From: Phormidesmis sp.
GTDB lineage: Bacteria > Cyanobacteriota > Cyanobacteriia > Leptolyngbyales > Leptolyngbyaceae
DNA length: 64,000 bases
NCBI GenBank assembly: GCA_965248535.1
Contig: CBDFJR010000005.1
Location: 1,440,001-1,504,000, forward strand
Direction of reading: 5' to 3'
Below are positions 1 to 10,064 of the stretch, one piece after another. The notes beneath the pieces were generated by a model, which did not search any database, was not told where the DNA came from, and saw only the letters and a list, made by a program, of their open reading frames with translations. A program made the position numbers and the translations under genes. The first letter of the stretch is position 1, and each line of letters opens with the position of its first letter.

Positions 1-641
1 ACGCTGACGCTGCGAAGCAAGTTACTGCTGGGCATTACGCCAAAAACTTGGATGCCGTGCTTTTCTAGAAAGGGCAGCATTAAGATATTGATCACATTAA
101 GCTGGTCGCTAGACACGTCATTGATGATTACTCCAAGGAGGCGATCGCCAAGGTGTTGCTTGGCTGAAATCAGCCCATCTAGCAGCAGCAGAGAATGAAA
201 TCGAGCCACCAACAGCACCGACGCATCAACCGTTTCAGCCACTTGCAGGATAGACAGATCAAATAGCTTGCCTTCGTCTAGAGTGCCTGAGCCTTCTAAG
301 ATCACCAGATCGCCTTGCTGCTGCTGAGCCTGTTGCGCCAGCAGTTCTTGGTAGTTGGTTTGGTCTTCTTCCAGCAGGCGCTTTTGGACGGTTGTGTTGT
401 CAAGCGTGAGCAGAGTCGCTTGCAGGCGATCTTTAGAAAGCTCTAACGTTTGGGCGACAAACTGGGCATCGCCATCATTATCATCCATTTTAGACTGCCC
501 CCACCCGCCTGCGATCGGCTTGCCATAGGCGATGTCTAGCCCTCTGGCTTTGAGTTGATGAGCGATACCCAAAATCGTTGCTGACTTACCGCTGTAAGCT
601 TCTAGCGATCCAATCAGTAAATGCTTCGCGGACTTTGGCAC
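1..641 (-). CDS. Phosphotransacetylase-family (BioD-like N-terminal/DRTGG) protein, 3' end outside window
   Basis: Manual translation from GTG at 641: MPKSAKHLLIGSLEAYSGKSATILGIAHQLKARGLDIAYGKP...LVILEGSGTLDEG...LLGVIINDV. Open to the window edge; not in the ORF track. Confidence 0.85.
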   Translation of the reverse strand, partial: MPKSAKHLLIGSLEAYSGKSATILGIAHQLKARGLDIAYGKPIAGGWGQSKMDDNDGDAQFVAQTLELSKDRLQATLLTLDNTTVQKRLLEEDQTNYQELLAQQAQQQQGDLVILEGSGTLDEGKLFDLSILQVAETVDASVLLVARFHSLLLLDGLISAKQHLGDRLLGVIINDVSSDQLNVINILMLPFLEKHGIQVFGVMPSSNLLRSVS

Positions 642-951
642 GTCCTCACTCCGTTTAAATGTTTAGTGGGCAAGTTAATTGAGGGCAGCAAAAAGCCAGA
701 TAGACTTCTGGTTGCCGTTGACTGCTGACTTAAAAACGCTGTTTCATCGGGTCAAGACGACGAACGCTTAGAAGATCAGGGTGAACTACTGCATAGCTTA
801 ATGCTTATTCTAGAATGATAGAAATATTTATAGCCATAAAAAATAACTGTAGTGATGACTCTGAGCAAAATGTGCTCTACGCTCTAGAGAAATCAGTACA
901 GTTATTGTATTGTATGCAACACCGCTACTGAGCATTTCAAACCGTCAAGGC

Positions 952-1329
952 TCAGTCTTCAAGTCGCAGCAGTTTGCGATAAAACGATTGCGAGAAATCA
1001 GCCAGACGAGCGCGCTTAAAGTTCATAATGACTTCGATCAAAAAATCGATGAATTCAAAGTTTGCCATCATCACTTCGTAGCTCAGTTCAGCATTGCCGT
1101 CAAATTGGATGCGGCATCGGCACAGGTCGGCAGGCAGCGAAGACACATTCCAGGTAGCAATGAAGGGAATGCTCTCACCGCCCTCAATTTTGCGTTGACC
1201 TTCTAGGGCACCTTTGTGATGCAGGCTGATGGCAAAAGGCAGCATCTGTTTTTTGCTAGACTGAGGATAGTAAGGCACATAGACTCCCACTTGCTGGGGC
1301 GGTGCGGGCTGTAGTTGCTCGATAGACAT
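952..1329 (-). CDS. ebsA: Type IV pilus biogenesis/secretion protein EbsA
   Basis: MSIEQLQPA...VYVPYY...LPFAISL...GALEGQRKIEGGESIPFIATW...DFSQSFYRKLL; start taken at the ATG at 1329. Confidence 0.85.
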   Translation of the reverse strand: MSIEQLQPAPPQQVGVYVPYYPQSSKKQMLPFAISLHHKGALEGQRKIEGGESIPFIATWNVSSLPADLCRCRIQFDGNAELSYEVMMANFEFIDFLIEVIMNFKRARLADFSQSFYRKLLRLED

Positions 1330-1446
1330 ACTAAATTTACCTGCTTCGTCGATCTGAGAGGGCGATTTGAGGGAGTGAGAAAGGACAGGACGGTGCTTGC
1401 TAGTATGCCCCAAGATTTTCTCTGTCGCGCAATTGTTTATCGAATT

Positions 1447-3381
1447 CTAGAGGTTTGCGGTCAAGTCTTGACGGTTGGGGCGGTGATCTTTAATGTAGTG
1501 TTCAAATCGCGATCGCAGTTGCTCTGCGGTGAGAGATTGCGTCCAATATTCGGTCAGGGCGTGACCAAAGGCCCAGGCATTATGCTCTGGTGAGGCAGAA
1601 TTTTCGATGAGTAACCCCCAAAGGTTCCGCAGGTCAAAGCTAGGCGGATTGGGTTGATGAGCCGTCAGCAGATCAAACAGATCGTAGGCGAGTTGCAGTT
1701 TGCCAATCACCGCCGGAAGCTGCTCGATCGGGATCTTTTCAGCTAGCAATAGCGCTAGGGTAGGTGATCCCGTCGCTAGGGTCGAGAGAAAACCCAGAAC
1801 GGGACTTTTGAGAAAAGCGGCTAGACCCTGGGTAGTGGCCATCTGAAAGGTGTAGTGGTCGATGATTTTGGCAGCGCCTACGGTTCGAGCATCCAGATTT
1901 TTAAAGAAGCGAGCCAGCCGAAGCTGCTTTGCAGGCGCGATCGCATCCAAGATAGCCAGCGATAGCGCGTCGATGCCCCAGGGTTGACGAGTTTCACCAC
2001 CCGTCACGATCGGCAGCACTAGAGGACAAATTTGATTGAGAAGACTGGCTCGATAGTGGGTGGCTTCTCGAATGGAGACTTCTTTGGGACGATCGCCCGT
2101 TTGCCAATTGTAGGGCGGCTGCCACTCGCGGATGGGCCGAAGACGATCGACCTGAGTGACGATGGCGATCGTGGGCAGATCTGGGATCTCAGCCCGCAGG
2201 TCTTTGAGAAAATTCAAATCCATCTGCATCGCGGGATCAAGGGCTGGAGTTGCCAGCAACACGAGATCGGCGTGGGCAGCATGATCGAGAACCTGATCGC
2301 GGAGGTCTGCCCGATCAACTTGCTCATAGCCGGGAGAATCCCACAGCGTCAGCGTTTCGCCAGTGGCGGTTTGCCAGTGATAATCTTGGATGCGATCGGT
2401 GCTGGGCAGGGCATCAACTTCGGCTTGAGCTTCGATAAATAGAGTGTTGATCAGGCTGCTTTTTCCGGCTCCGGTGCGACCCACTAAGAGCAAATTTACG
2501 GGCGCTTGTTCGACCGATTGAGAGGGGTTGGCTTGAGAAATGATTTCTCGTAGGGTTTGGGTTTGGGCTTTGGGCAAGATGGGCGGGGCGATCGCTCGTG
2601 CTTCTAAACTGGGATTGGCGCTGCCGCTATAAAGCACGATCGCTTGTCTGCCCAAATTTCTCAAAGCGGCTTCTCGCATCAATTGGCCGAGATTAGACAG
2701 AAGTTCTTGGGTGGCGCGACTGCTGGTGCGCTGAGTCGCCGTTCTCGCGACTGCCGCGGCCGGGTTGAGGAGCCATTGCGCCCAGTTCCAAGCTTGCCAA
2801 ATCTTGCGGGCTGAGGGTTCTAGCTTTTGATAAACCTCGTAGGCTTGATAAGCTTGCCCGATCGTGACTTGATTTAGGGCCGGAGCCAACCGCTGCATCC
2901 ACTGATCGAGGTCATCGATCGTGCCGCGCAATAGCTGATAAGCCTGGGGAATATAGATATTTAGCAAGGGCTGCTTAGTCTGGGGATAGTAGACCTGAGC
3001 AACGGCGCTGATCAAAGCCTGGCAGCGTTGCCAAAATACGTTCCAGTCTTCCCACATGAGTGGATCAGTGCGGGCGGCTTGCAGGATTTCTTGGAGGGCG
3101 GCTTCGGCTTGTTGAAGTGAGGGGTTGGCATCGAGGGCGGGCGTTTGATCCTGCAAGTCGGCAGAGAGTTCGGTGACGATCGCTTCGACTTGGGCGAGGG
3201 CGGGCTGAGTCCACTTCACCAGCAGCCAGCGCCAGCCGACAAAAAGCAAGCCCACGATCGCCCAGATCCAGCTAATGCCCCAAGCGTGAATTTGCAATCC
3301 GGCGGAGATCAGCAAAAAACTGACGACGAGGACGATCGGCAATCCTAAAACTGCCCACTGCCAAGGTTTGAGGCGCACCAT
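1447..3381 (-). CDS. Membrane-anchored Era/YeeP-like P-loop GTPase
   Basis: Two N-terminal TM helices; G1 GRTGAGKSS, G3 DSPG, G4-like TQVD; start MVRLKPWQW. Confidence 0.8.
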   Translation of the reverse strand: MVRLKPWQWAVLGLPIVLVVSFLLISAGLQIHAWGISWIWAIVGLLFVGWRWLLVKWTQPALAQVEAIVTELSADLQDQTPALDANPSLQQAEAALQEILQAARTDPLMWEDWNVFWQRCQALISAVAQVYYPQTKQPLLNIYIPQAYQLLRGTIDDLDQWMQRLAPALNQVTIGQAYQAYEVYQKLEPSARKIWQAWNWAQWLLNPAAAVARTATQRTSSRATQELLSNLGQLMREAALRNLGRQAIVLYSGSANPSLEARAIAPPILPKAQTQTLREIISQANPSQSVEQAPVNLLLVGRTGAGKSSLINTLFIEAQAEVDALPSTDRIQDYHWQTATGETLTLWDSPGYEQVDRADLRDQVLDHAAHADLVLLATPALDPAMQMDLNFLKDLRAEIPDLPTIAIVTQVDRLRPIREWQPPYNWQTGDRPKEVSIREATHYRASLLNQICPLVLPIVTGGETRQPWGIDALSLAILDAIAPAKQLRLARFFKNLDARTVGAAKIIDHYTFQMATTQGLAAFLKSPVLGFLSTLATGSPTLALLLAEKIPIEQLPAVIGKLQLAYDLFDLLTAHQPNPPSFDLRNLWGLLIENSASPEHNAWAFGHALTEYWTQSLTAEQLRSRFEHYIKDHRPNRQDLTANL

Positions 3382-3495
3382 AATCGTTGATCCATCCGTA
3401 ATGGATAAGACAGAGAGACTTGCTCTATTTGACAGCAAAGTTTACGCTACTGTCCATAACCGTGCTCAGAATCCGTGCAAGCCACCGAGGTCATT

Positions 3496-3536
3496 TAATC
3501 CACGATCGACCCGAAGCACTCAGCGATCGTGGATTA
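3496..3536. terminator. 13-bp inverted repeat hairpin downstream of the catalase remnant
   Basis: TAATCCACGATCG (3496-3508) pairs with CGATCGTGGATTA (3524-3536). Confidence 0.4.
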
Positions 3537-3595
3537 TTTACCGTCAACTCAACCGTAACCGTAACTTAAACGGTAATGGGCTGAGGATTATCCTG

Positions 3596-3904
3596 TTAAT
3601 TTTGTCGAAGCATAGCGGGGTCAATCTCAATGCTCAATGCTTGAGCAACCCGCCGACCGTAATCTGCATCAGCCCGGAAAAAGTGACACAGTTGTCGCAT
3701 TTGGATGTCTTGGCGAACACCACTCAACGCCCCTACGATCGCGGTCGCCGTGCGGTCTTTTTGAGCGTCATCTAAAAACCGCCAGAGATTGCCCGCTTGG
3801 GTATAGTCATCTTGATCGCGAGAATCGTAGCGATCGGCAACCACATCTCCCAAGGTCAACCCAGGCTCTTTATGGTCAGGGGCTTCTTTAGGAGCATTGT
3901 CATA
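3596..3904 (-). pseudogene. C-terminal remnant of a monofunctional heme catalase
   Basis: YDNAPKEAPDHKEPGLTLGDVVADRYD...DDYTQAGNLWR...RQLCHFFRADADYGRRVAQAL resembles the catalase C-terminal helical domain; the catalytic domain is absent. Confidence 0.8.
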
Positions 3905-3908
3905 AGTA

Positions 3909-3957
3909 GTAGTCGTTATGAGTCTGTCTTGTCAAAGAGTATACTCATAACGACTAC
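3909..3957. repeat. Perfect 15-bp inverted repeat
   Basis: GTAGTCGTTATGAGT (3909-3923) pairs with ACTCATAACGACTAC (3943-3957); 19-bp spacer. Confidence 0.85.
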
Positions 3958-4048
3958 GTCTTGAAAAGCATTTTTTGGATCTTTTTGCGAGAGCATTCAC
4001 CGACTTAGACGCGCTCGCCGCATTTCCCCCAATCTCTTCTCATTATTT

Positions 4049-4867
4049 CTAACTAGTCGCAGCAAATTGCAGCACTTGATTGAGTTTGCCGCTGCGATAA
4101 CCTTCGAGATCCAACGTCACGTAGAGAAACCCATAGGACTGAAGAGCTGAAACAAGTTTTGGCAAATCGGTTTTAATCACAAACTCTTTAACCTGATCGG
4201 GCAGCACCTCAATGCGGGCCGTGTCGCCCTCTGAACGAACGCGCAAATTTTGCCAGCCCAGCTTTCGCAAATAGACCTCCGATCGCCCAACTCGCTGAAG
4301 TTTAGCGACCGTAATCTCTTCGCCATAGGGAAAGCGGGAACTCAAGCAGGGTTGAGACGGCTTATCCCACCAAGGGAGACCGAGATGTTTTGAGAGTTCG
4401 CGCACTTCGGCTTTGGTGACTCCGACTTCGGCAAGGGGCGATCGGGCACCGCGCTCTTTGGCCGCCTGAATGCCCGGACGATAATCATGCAAATCATCAG
4501 CATTCACACCATCGATCACATAGGGGTAGCCCCACGCGATCGCCATCGGCTTGAGCGTGTCGTGCAGTTCACTTTTGCAAAAATAGCAGCGATTGACCGG
4601 GTTGCTGCTGTAGTTGGGGTTGTCCATCTCGTGGGTCTGCACGATTTTATGAGCAATGCCCATCTCGGTCGCCTGAATTCGCGCATCTTCTAAATCTTCG
4701 GGCAACAGAGACGGAGACTCAGCGGTGACGGCGATCGCCCGATCGCCCAAAGCATCATAGGCAATCTTGGCAACTAAGGTGCTATCAATGCCACCAGAGT
4801 AGGCGATCAGTGCAGTCTCCATTTCGGCAAACAGAGCGGTCAATTGTGCTAGTTTTTGCAGCAGCAT
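4049..4867 (-). CDS. larE: ATP-dependent sacrificial sulfur transferase LarE-like (PP-loop)
   Basis: AYSGGIDS PP-loop, NRCYFCK, DYRPG, PCLSSRFPYG; the start could be 4873. Confidence 0.9.
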   Translation of the reverse strand: MLLQKLAQLTALFAEMETALIAYSGGIDSTLVAKIAYDALGDRAIAVTAESPSLLPEDLEDARIQATEMGIAHKIVQTHEMDNPNYSSNPVNRCYFCKSELHDTLKPMAIAWGYPYVIDGVNADDLHDYRPGIQAAKERGARSPLAEVGVTKAEVRELSKHLGLPWWDKPSQPCLSSRFPYGEEITVAKLQRVGRSEVYLRKLGWQNLRVRSEGDTARIEVLPDQVKEFVIKTDLPKLVSALQSYGFLYVTLDLEGYRSGKLNQVLQFAATS

Positions 4868-5147
4868 GGGCATGAAGGGAAAACTCAAATCTCTTTTCTA
4901 CCCTACACTCTAGACCCTAGTTCCTGCCTCGCTCTGTTGGGGTTAAAAAGGAACGATAAAACTTGGGCACCCGACGTTCTATTGGTGCCTCATCCCTGTA
5001 ACCTATATCTTTAAGCACCCGATTTTATCGGCGGCCGTATCTGGCGAAATCACGATCGGGTGCCTGATTTCAGGGGTTTGTGCAATCTAGTTCAGGCAAA
5101 GTTACAAGATTTTTTATACAGTGTACGGGATTTGGGCATCGGCAAGC

Positions 5148-6668
5148 ATGAAGGCACCTCGATATCTCCGCCAGCGAATGATCAGCGCGATCGTCGCTAT
5201 CACCTTGATCGGTCAAGGAGTCTGGAGCCATCCAGCCCAGGCAGAATTTCTTCCCTACTGTCAGCAAACCGCAGAGGGCATTGCCCGCAAAGAGACGGCT
5301 CGTAAAGCCGCTCAGACATCTGATAAAAACGCCCAAAAGCACTATCAAACTCTCGTAGTCGAGCAGGCTGATCAACTGCGTCAGTGTCGCAATCAGAATT
5401 GGCTAAAAACTCAGGCGATTTGGATTCGGCTCTATGCGTGTGATGTGCAGCCAGGGGCGATCGAAGAAGTGCTCGATCGGATTGTCAATCGGGGCTATAA
5501 CCAGATCAATGTCGAGGTTTTTTATAACGGTCAAGTCTTGCTTCCGCAAGCCGATAATCCGACTGCGTGGAATTCGGTCGTTAAACTGCCAGGTTCAGAA
5601 AATGTCGATCTTCTGGCCCAAGTTATTCAAAAAGGGCGAGAGCGAGGGCTATCGGTTTATGCGTGGATGTTTAGCATGAATTTTGGCTATACCTACGCCA
5701 TTCGACCCGATCGCGAAGCGGCGCTGGCTAAAAATGGGCAGGGGCAAACCAGCTTGACGGTCAACACGATCGCAGGGCTGAGTACTGATTTGGGAGTGTT
5801 TAATCCCGATGAGGCGTTTATTGATCCCTATAGCCTGCAAGCACGGCAGGACTATGCTCAACTGGTGGCGGCGATCGCTAAACGTCGCCCTGATGGGATG
5901 CTGTTTGACTATATTCGCTATCCACGGGGCACGGGCGGTGCCTCTATTGCTAACAAAGTCAAAGATCTGTGGATCTATGGAGACGCAGCCCAGCAGGCCA
6001 TTCTGCAACGAGCCTTAAACGATAAAGGACGCGAGTTAATCAAGCGGTTTGTTCAACACGGCTCTATCAGTGCAGCCGATGTGGTGGCGATCGATAAACT
6101 CTATGTCAATCAATCTGATCCACCGATGTGGCAAGGGCGCAGCCCGGCTGTTAACGAAAATAAACTGCCGATCGCGCAGCGCACCGAGCTTTTGCGCTTA
6201 GAGCTATGGCGATTTAGTGTGGCCCACGCCATGCAGGGCGTTGTAGACTTCTTGACGGCTGCTGCTGCCCCGGCTCAACGGTTGGGCATTTCTACCGGAG
6301 CCGTCTTCTTTCCTGAAGCCAATCAAAATGTGGGGCAAGGGTTTGACTCGCGCTTGCAGCCGTGGGATCGGTTTCCTGCGTCGCTAGAATGGCATCCCAT
6401 GGCTTATGGCGTGTGTGGCGACACAATCTGCATCGTTAATCAGGTGCGGCGTGTGTTGGGTCAAGCGCCTTCTTCAACGCAGGTAAAGCCAGTTTTAGCC
6501 GGAATTTGGCAGCAATCAATTAGCAACCGACCGCCCTTAGAGGTGCAGATGGAGGCGATCCGACTGGCTGACCCGCAGGTGCGATCGATCAGTCATTTTG
6601 CGTATTCGTGGCAAGAGCCGCAGTCCGATCGTCAGCGCAAGGCTTGCCGGGTAGATAGACGATTTTGA
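5148..6668 (+). CDS. Glycosyl hydrolase-like 10 (DUF187) family protein, secreted
   Basis: Signal peptide (…HPAQA-EF); GYNQINVEVFYNG, GLSVYAWMF, PDGMLFDYIRYP. Confidence 0.8.
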   Translation: MKAPRYLRQRMISAIVAITLIGQGVWSHPAQAEFLPYCQQTAEGIARKETARKAAQTSDKNAQKHYQTLVVEQADQLRQCRNQNWLKTQAIWIRLYACDVQPGAIEEVLDRIVNRGYNQINVEVFYNGQVLLPQADNPTAWNSVVKLPGSENVDLLAQVIQKGRERGLSVYAWMFSMNFGYTYAIRPDREAALAKNGQGQTSLTVNTIAGLSTDLGVFNPDEAFIDPYSLQARQDYAQLVAAIAKRRPDGMLFDYIRYPRGTGGASIANKVKDLWIYGDAAQQAILQRALNDKGRELIKRFVQHGSISAADVVAIDKLYVNQSDPPMWQGRSPAVNENKLPIAQRTELLRLELWRFSVAHAMQGVVDFLTAAAAPAQRLGISTGAVFFPEANQNVGQGFDSRLQPWDRFPASLEWHPMAYGVCGDTICIVNQVRRVLGQAPSSTQVKPVLAGIWQQSISNRPPLEVQMEAIRLADPQVRSISHFAYSWQEPQSDRQRKACRVDRRF

Positions 6669-6943
6669 CGAGCTACCAGTGGTAGTCTCACCCAGTTTGC
6701 AATCCGTTAAAAAGCTGACCTCTAGAGTTATTACTTAAGAACCTTTCTTAACCTTCTGCTTATAAAGAGTAGAGAGCGAGATCGCGAGGTTTTGATAGGT
6801 CAATGGGAGGGTTACCCTTTCTTACTCGGTCAGCAGACTCATCTAGCGGTGCAGATTGCGATCGCTCTAGTCCAAACACTCAACGCGATCGGGTCGTCTT
6901 TTAGATGTCAAAGCTTAAGTTTTTATAAATCACCCCTCCTAGA

Positions 6944-7594
6944 GTGCAGTTGGCAATGAATCTATCCCCATTTGCTCAATATTATGTTAGAAAGCTTCTG
7001 CGCCAAAACGTCGATCGAGTGAGTCATTCTTTTCCTGAAGATCTCTATAGCTCTGTTTTTACTAAACTAAATCTCAACCGAATTCTGGCCTATCAATATC
7101 AAACCCAATCGGAACTATCGATTAAAATATGGGAGTTAGAAACCCTCACTAACGTCTGTCAAGAGCTTGAAAAAAATCAATATAATCAAGATAGTTTGAC
7201 TGAAGTTAAAGAGCGAATCTTTCAACTATTAGGGTTTAAGATGGGGGTGGCTCTGCCGTCTAAACTGCCAAAAATTCTGCAAGAAAAGCTCTTGTCTCCC
7301 TTCTATTTTTATAGTCAAGGAACTATTTCAGAAGCGGTCACCTATGAAGGTGAAATTCATGGGCTGGTTAAGCAGCTTGACATTGCTCAAAGACTGCAAG
7401 CCTATCAGCTTTCTTGGGCGCTTTCGGCCAAAGATATCCCTCATTTGATCACGGCATCGTCTTCTAGGGTGTCTATTTGGATACGACTGCGATCGCCGAC
7501 CTATTCAATTTGGCGTGACCAAGAAAAGGTTCTTTCTAACATCATCATCATTCTTTATTCAGTGTTGAGCCGATCTAGACCATTTCACCAATAA
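6944..7594 (+). CDS. Hypothetical protein (cyanobacterial; C-terminal PFYF...SIWIRLRSP segment)
   Basis: 216-aa AT-rich ORF followed by a terminator; no functional motif recognised. Confidence 0.6.
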   Translation: MQLAMNLSPFAQYYVRKLLRQNVDRVSHSFPEDLYSSVFTKLNLNRILAYQYQTQSELSIKIWELETLTNVCQELEKNQYNQDSLTEVKERIFQLLGFKMGVALPSKLPKILQEKLLSPFYFYSQGTISEAVTYEGEIHGLVKQLDIAQRLQAYQLSWALSAKDIPHLITASSSRVSIWIRLRSPTYSIWRDQEKVLSNIIIILYSVLSRSRPFHQ

Positions 7595-7769
7595 AGAATC
7601 GTCGGCTACGATCGCTGGGCCAAGATTAACGAGGCCCAAACGCCGTAATTCAACACTACCCTTGAGAGTGTCACTTTATTCTCTGAGCACAAAAGTCACT
7701 GGAATGAGTGATGGTCATGGTGGCTGAGATTTGCTTTTATAAGAACAGACTTGCTTCGGAGCGTTTTCG

Positions 7770-7797
7770 GCAGCCTTTTATAGGCTGTTTTTTTTTA
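7770..7797 (+). terminator. Rho-independent terminator
   Basis: GCAGCCT-TTTAT-AGGCTGT followed by a T-run, between convergent genes. Confidence 0.7.
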
Positions 7798-10023
7798 GAT
7801 GGATGCGTTTAGATAGTGCGCGATCGCGCATTCCAATGAAGGCAAAAGGATGCCCCGTTCGCTGGTGAGGGCTGAATAGATCGGGCGCGGTGCCGCCAAA
7901 CCTAGCGACTCAGTAGAACAAGCCTGAACCTGAGACGGGTCAAACCCGGCGAGATCGGCCACCACTTTGGCAAACGCTGCCCAGCTAATGGCTCCCAGAT
8001 TTGCCAGATGCCAGAGTCCGCATTCTCGATCGATCAGCAGATCAAGGGTTGCATTGACCAGATCAGGCACATAGGTCGGAGAAATCACCGTGTCTTCGGC
8101 GGCAAAAAAAGGCTGCCCAGTGGCTAGGGTGCGTCGAGCGATCGCGAGAAAGTTATCGTCGTCCCACGGCCCAAAAAAGGCGCTAGTGCGGATCACGAGA
8201 GCACGAGCATTGAGATCTAAAACCCATCGTTCGGCGATCGCTTTGCTCTGCCCATAGACATTGAGCGGCGCAACTTTATCGCTTTCAACATAGGGAACTG
8301 TGCGATCGCCATCAAAAACTAAATCCGATGAAAACGTCACAAATGCGATCGCTTGCTCGGCGCAGGCTTTGGCTAACAGGGCGGCTCCGTCTGCGTTGAC
8401 TTGCCGACACAGGTGAGGGTGATGCTCGGCCTCGTCAACTCGCACATATCCAGCCGTGTTGATCACCGCCCAGGGCTTGAGATCGGCTAAGACCTGAGTA
8501 ATTGACTCTGGTTGGGTAATATCTAGATCTTGCCGCATCAGCAACCGATAGGGCAGACCCCGAATCTCGCAGAGACGGGCAAAGGCACGGCCCAGGGTGC
8601 CACTAGCGCCAGTGATCACGATCGGAGTTTTTGAGCCGTGGGGTTTGGCGATCGTTGCCTGACGGGGTGAATAGATCAAGCGTTGAGCACGTCTCCACCA
8701 GCCCAATTCTTGCAAAACGGGATGGGTGTAGTCTTGATGATTGCCCAAGTGACGCAGCATCTCGGCAAGGGCCGTGGGGCGGGGCGTGGGCGATCGCAGG
8801 TCAAAAACGCCCGGCTCATAAAATCCGTCGCTCTGGGTGAGCAGCGTGTTCCAATCATAGGCACCGAGCAGCGACCAAGCGGTGACGGCTCTAATATCCG
8901 CTCCTGATTGGCGAAGCTGGTCTGCGGCATCCCAGGCTTCTTTAAACCAGCGCAGTTGTTCTTCACGAGTGCAGCCTAAATGCACCTCGGTCAGGGCGAT
9001 CGAGCGGCCATAGCGATCCCACACTTCTTGAAGGAGATGGCGATGCCCAAAAATGCCTTCAGGACAGACCCGCACGGCTTCGACATCGGCATATTGATGT
9101 CTGCCGTTGCCGCCGTGAAGTTGGGGCGGGTAGCGATCGAGGCGTTCGTCTAGGAAGCGATCGCTGGTCAAATAGTGGTTAATGCCAAACACATCCGGCG
9201 GACAAGGGTTTTCGAGAAACCACTCTAAATCGGATTCTAGAATTCCAATTTTGCATAGCTCATGCCAAAAAAAATGAGTGCGATCGAGCCGCCCACACAG
9301 CAGATCAAAGCTTAACCAACGACGCTCGTTTTCAAACTCTGCCTGATAGTTGAGTAAAGATGTGCTGGACACTTTGCCCAAGTCTTCGGTTTGAATCAGT
9401 TGGGCATCGGGATTGATCTGGCGAATCGCCTGCATTGAGAGCACGATCGCTCGGCACTGATTCAGCAATGTGTGGGCAAACGTCAGGGGATCTTGCCCGT
9501 GGGGATACCAATGACCATACAATCCGCTAAATCGGGCCGTGGTCAGTGGCTCATTGATGGGTGTATAGCGCCTCACCCAGGGATAGCGGGCAGCTACCGC
9601 TTGGGCAAATTTGGCCAGTTTTTGAGCAAAGGCAGGATCGATCAGGCTGGTGTGAGCGGGCCCGCTGCCGTGATGAACTAAGCCTACGATCGGTTCAATT
9701 TCCAATTCTCGCAGTCGTTGCAGTCGCTGATCAACCCACGACCAATCGGCTTGATCGAGATTTCCGGGTGCGATGCGTTCCCATAGCACCGGGTAGCGAA
9801 TTGCTGTCACCCCCAGTGATGCAAATAGCTCTAGATCAGTGATGCGATCGGCGTGTCCGTTGCGTTGAAGTTGATCAAAATATTGATTGCCAACGCGATT
9901 GACCGTGCATTCCACGCCTGCCCAAAGTTCTACTTCAGATTTTTGCACCACAGCATTCGCAATCTGTGCTCGATCGTGAGGGTGCCAGCGTTCCACGGGC
10001 TGACTGATTATCGAGGTTCTCAT
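7795..10023 (-). CDS. Fusion of a GH1-like glycoside hydrolase and dTDP-4-dehydrorhamnose reductase (RmlD-like SDR)
   Basis: N-terminal ELWAGVECTVNR, AIRYPVLWE, TPINEP, ALTEVH; C-terminal ITGASGTLG, FSSDLVFDG, YGQSK, SPTYVPDL. Confidence 0.85.
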   Translation of the reverse strand: MRTSIISQPVERWHPHDRAQIANAVVQKSEVELWAGVECTVNRVGNQYFDQLQRNGHADRITDLELFASLGVTAIRYPVLWERIAPGNLDQADWSWVDQRLQRLRELEIEPIVGLVHHGSGPAHTSLIDPAFAQKLAKFAQAVAARYPWVRRYTPINEPLTTARFSGLYGHWYPHGQDPLTFAHTLLNQCRAIVLSMQAIRQINPDAQLIQTEDLGKVSSTSLLNYQAEFENERRWLSFDLLCGRLDRTHFFWHELCKIGILESDLEWFLENPCPPDVFGINHYLTSDRFLDERLDRYPPQLHGGNGRHQYADVEAVRVCPEGIFGHRHLLQEVWDRYGRSIALTEVHLGCTREEQLRWFKEAWDAADQLRQSGADIRAVTAWSLLGAYDWNTLLTQSDGFYEPGVFDLRSPTPRPTALAEMLRHLGNHQDYTHPVLQELGWWRRAQRLIYSPRQATIAKPHGSKTPIVITGASGTLGRAFARLCEIRGLPYRLLMRQDLDITQPESITQVLADLKPWAVINTAGYVRVDEAEHHPHLCRQVNADGAALLAKACAEQAIAFVTFSSDLVFDGDRTVPYVESDKVAPLNVYGQSKAIAERWVLDLNARALVIRTSAFFGPWDDDNFLAIARRTLATGQPFFAAEDTVISPTYVPDLVNATLDLLIDRECGLWHLANLGAISWAAFAKVVADLAGFDPSQVQACSTESLGLAAPRPIYSALTSERGILLPSLECAIAHYLNASI

Positions 10024-10064
10024 CCCTATATTTCAATCCAAATTAACCGAGCGATCGGGTGACA

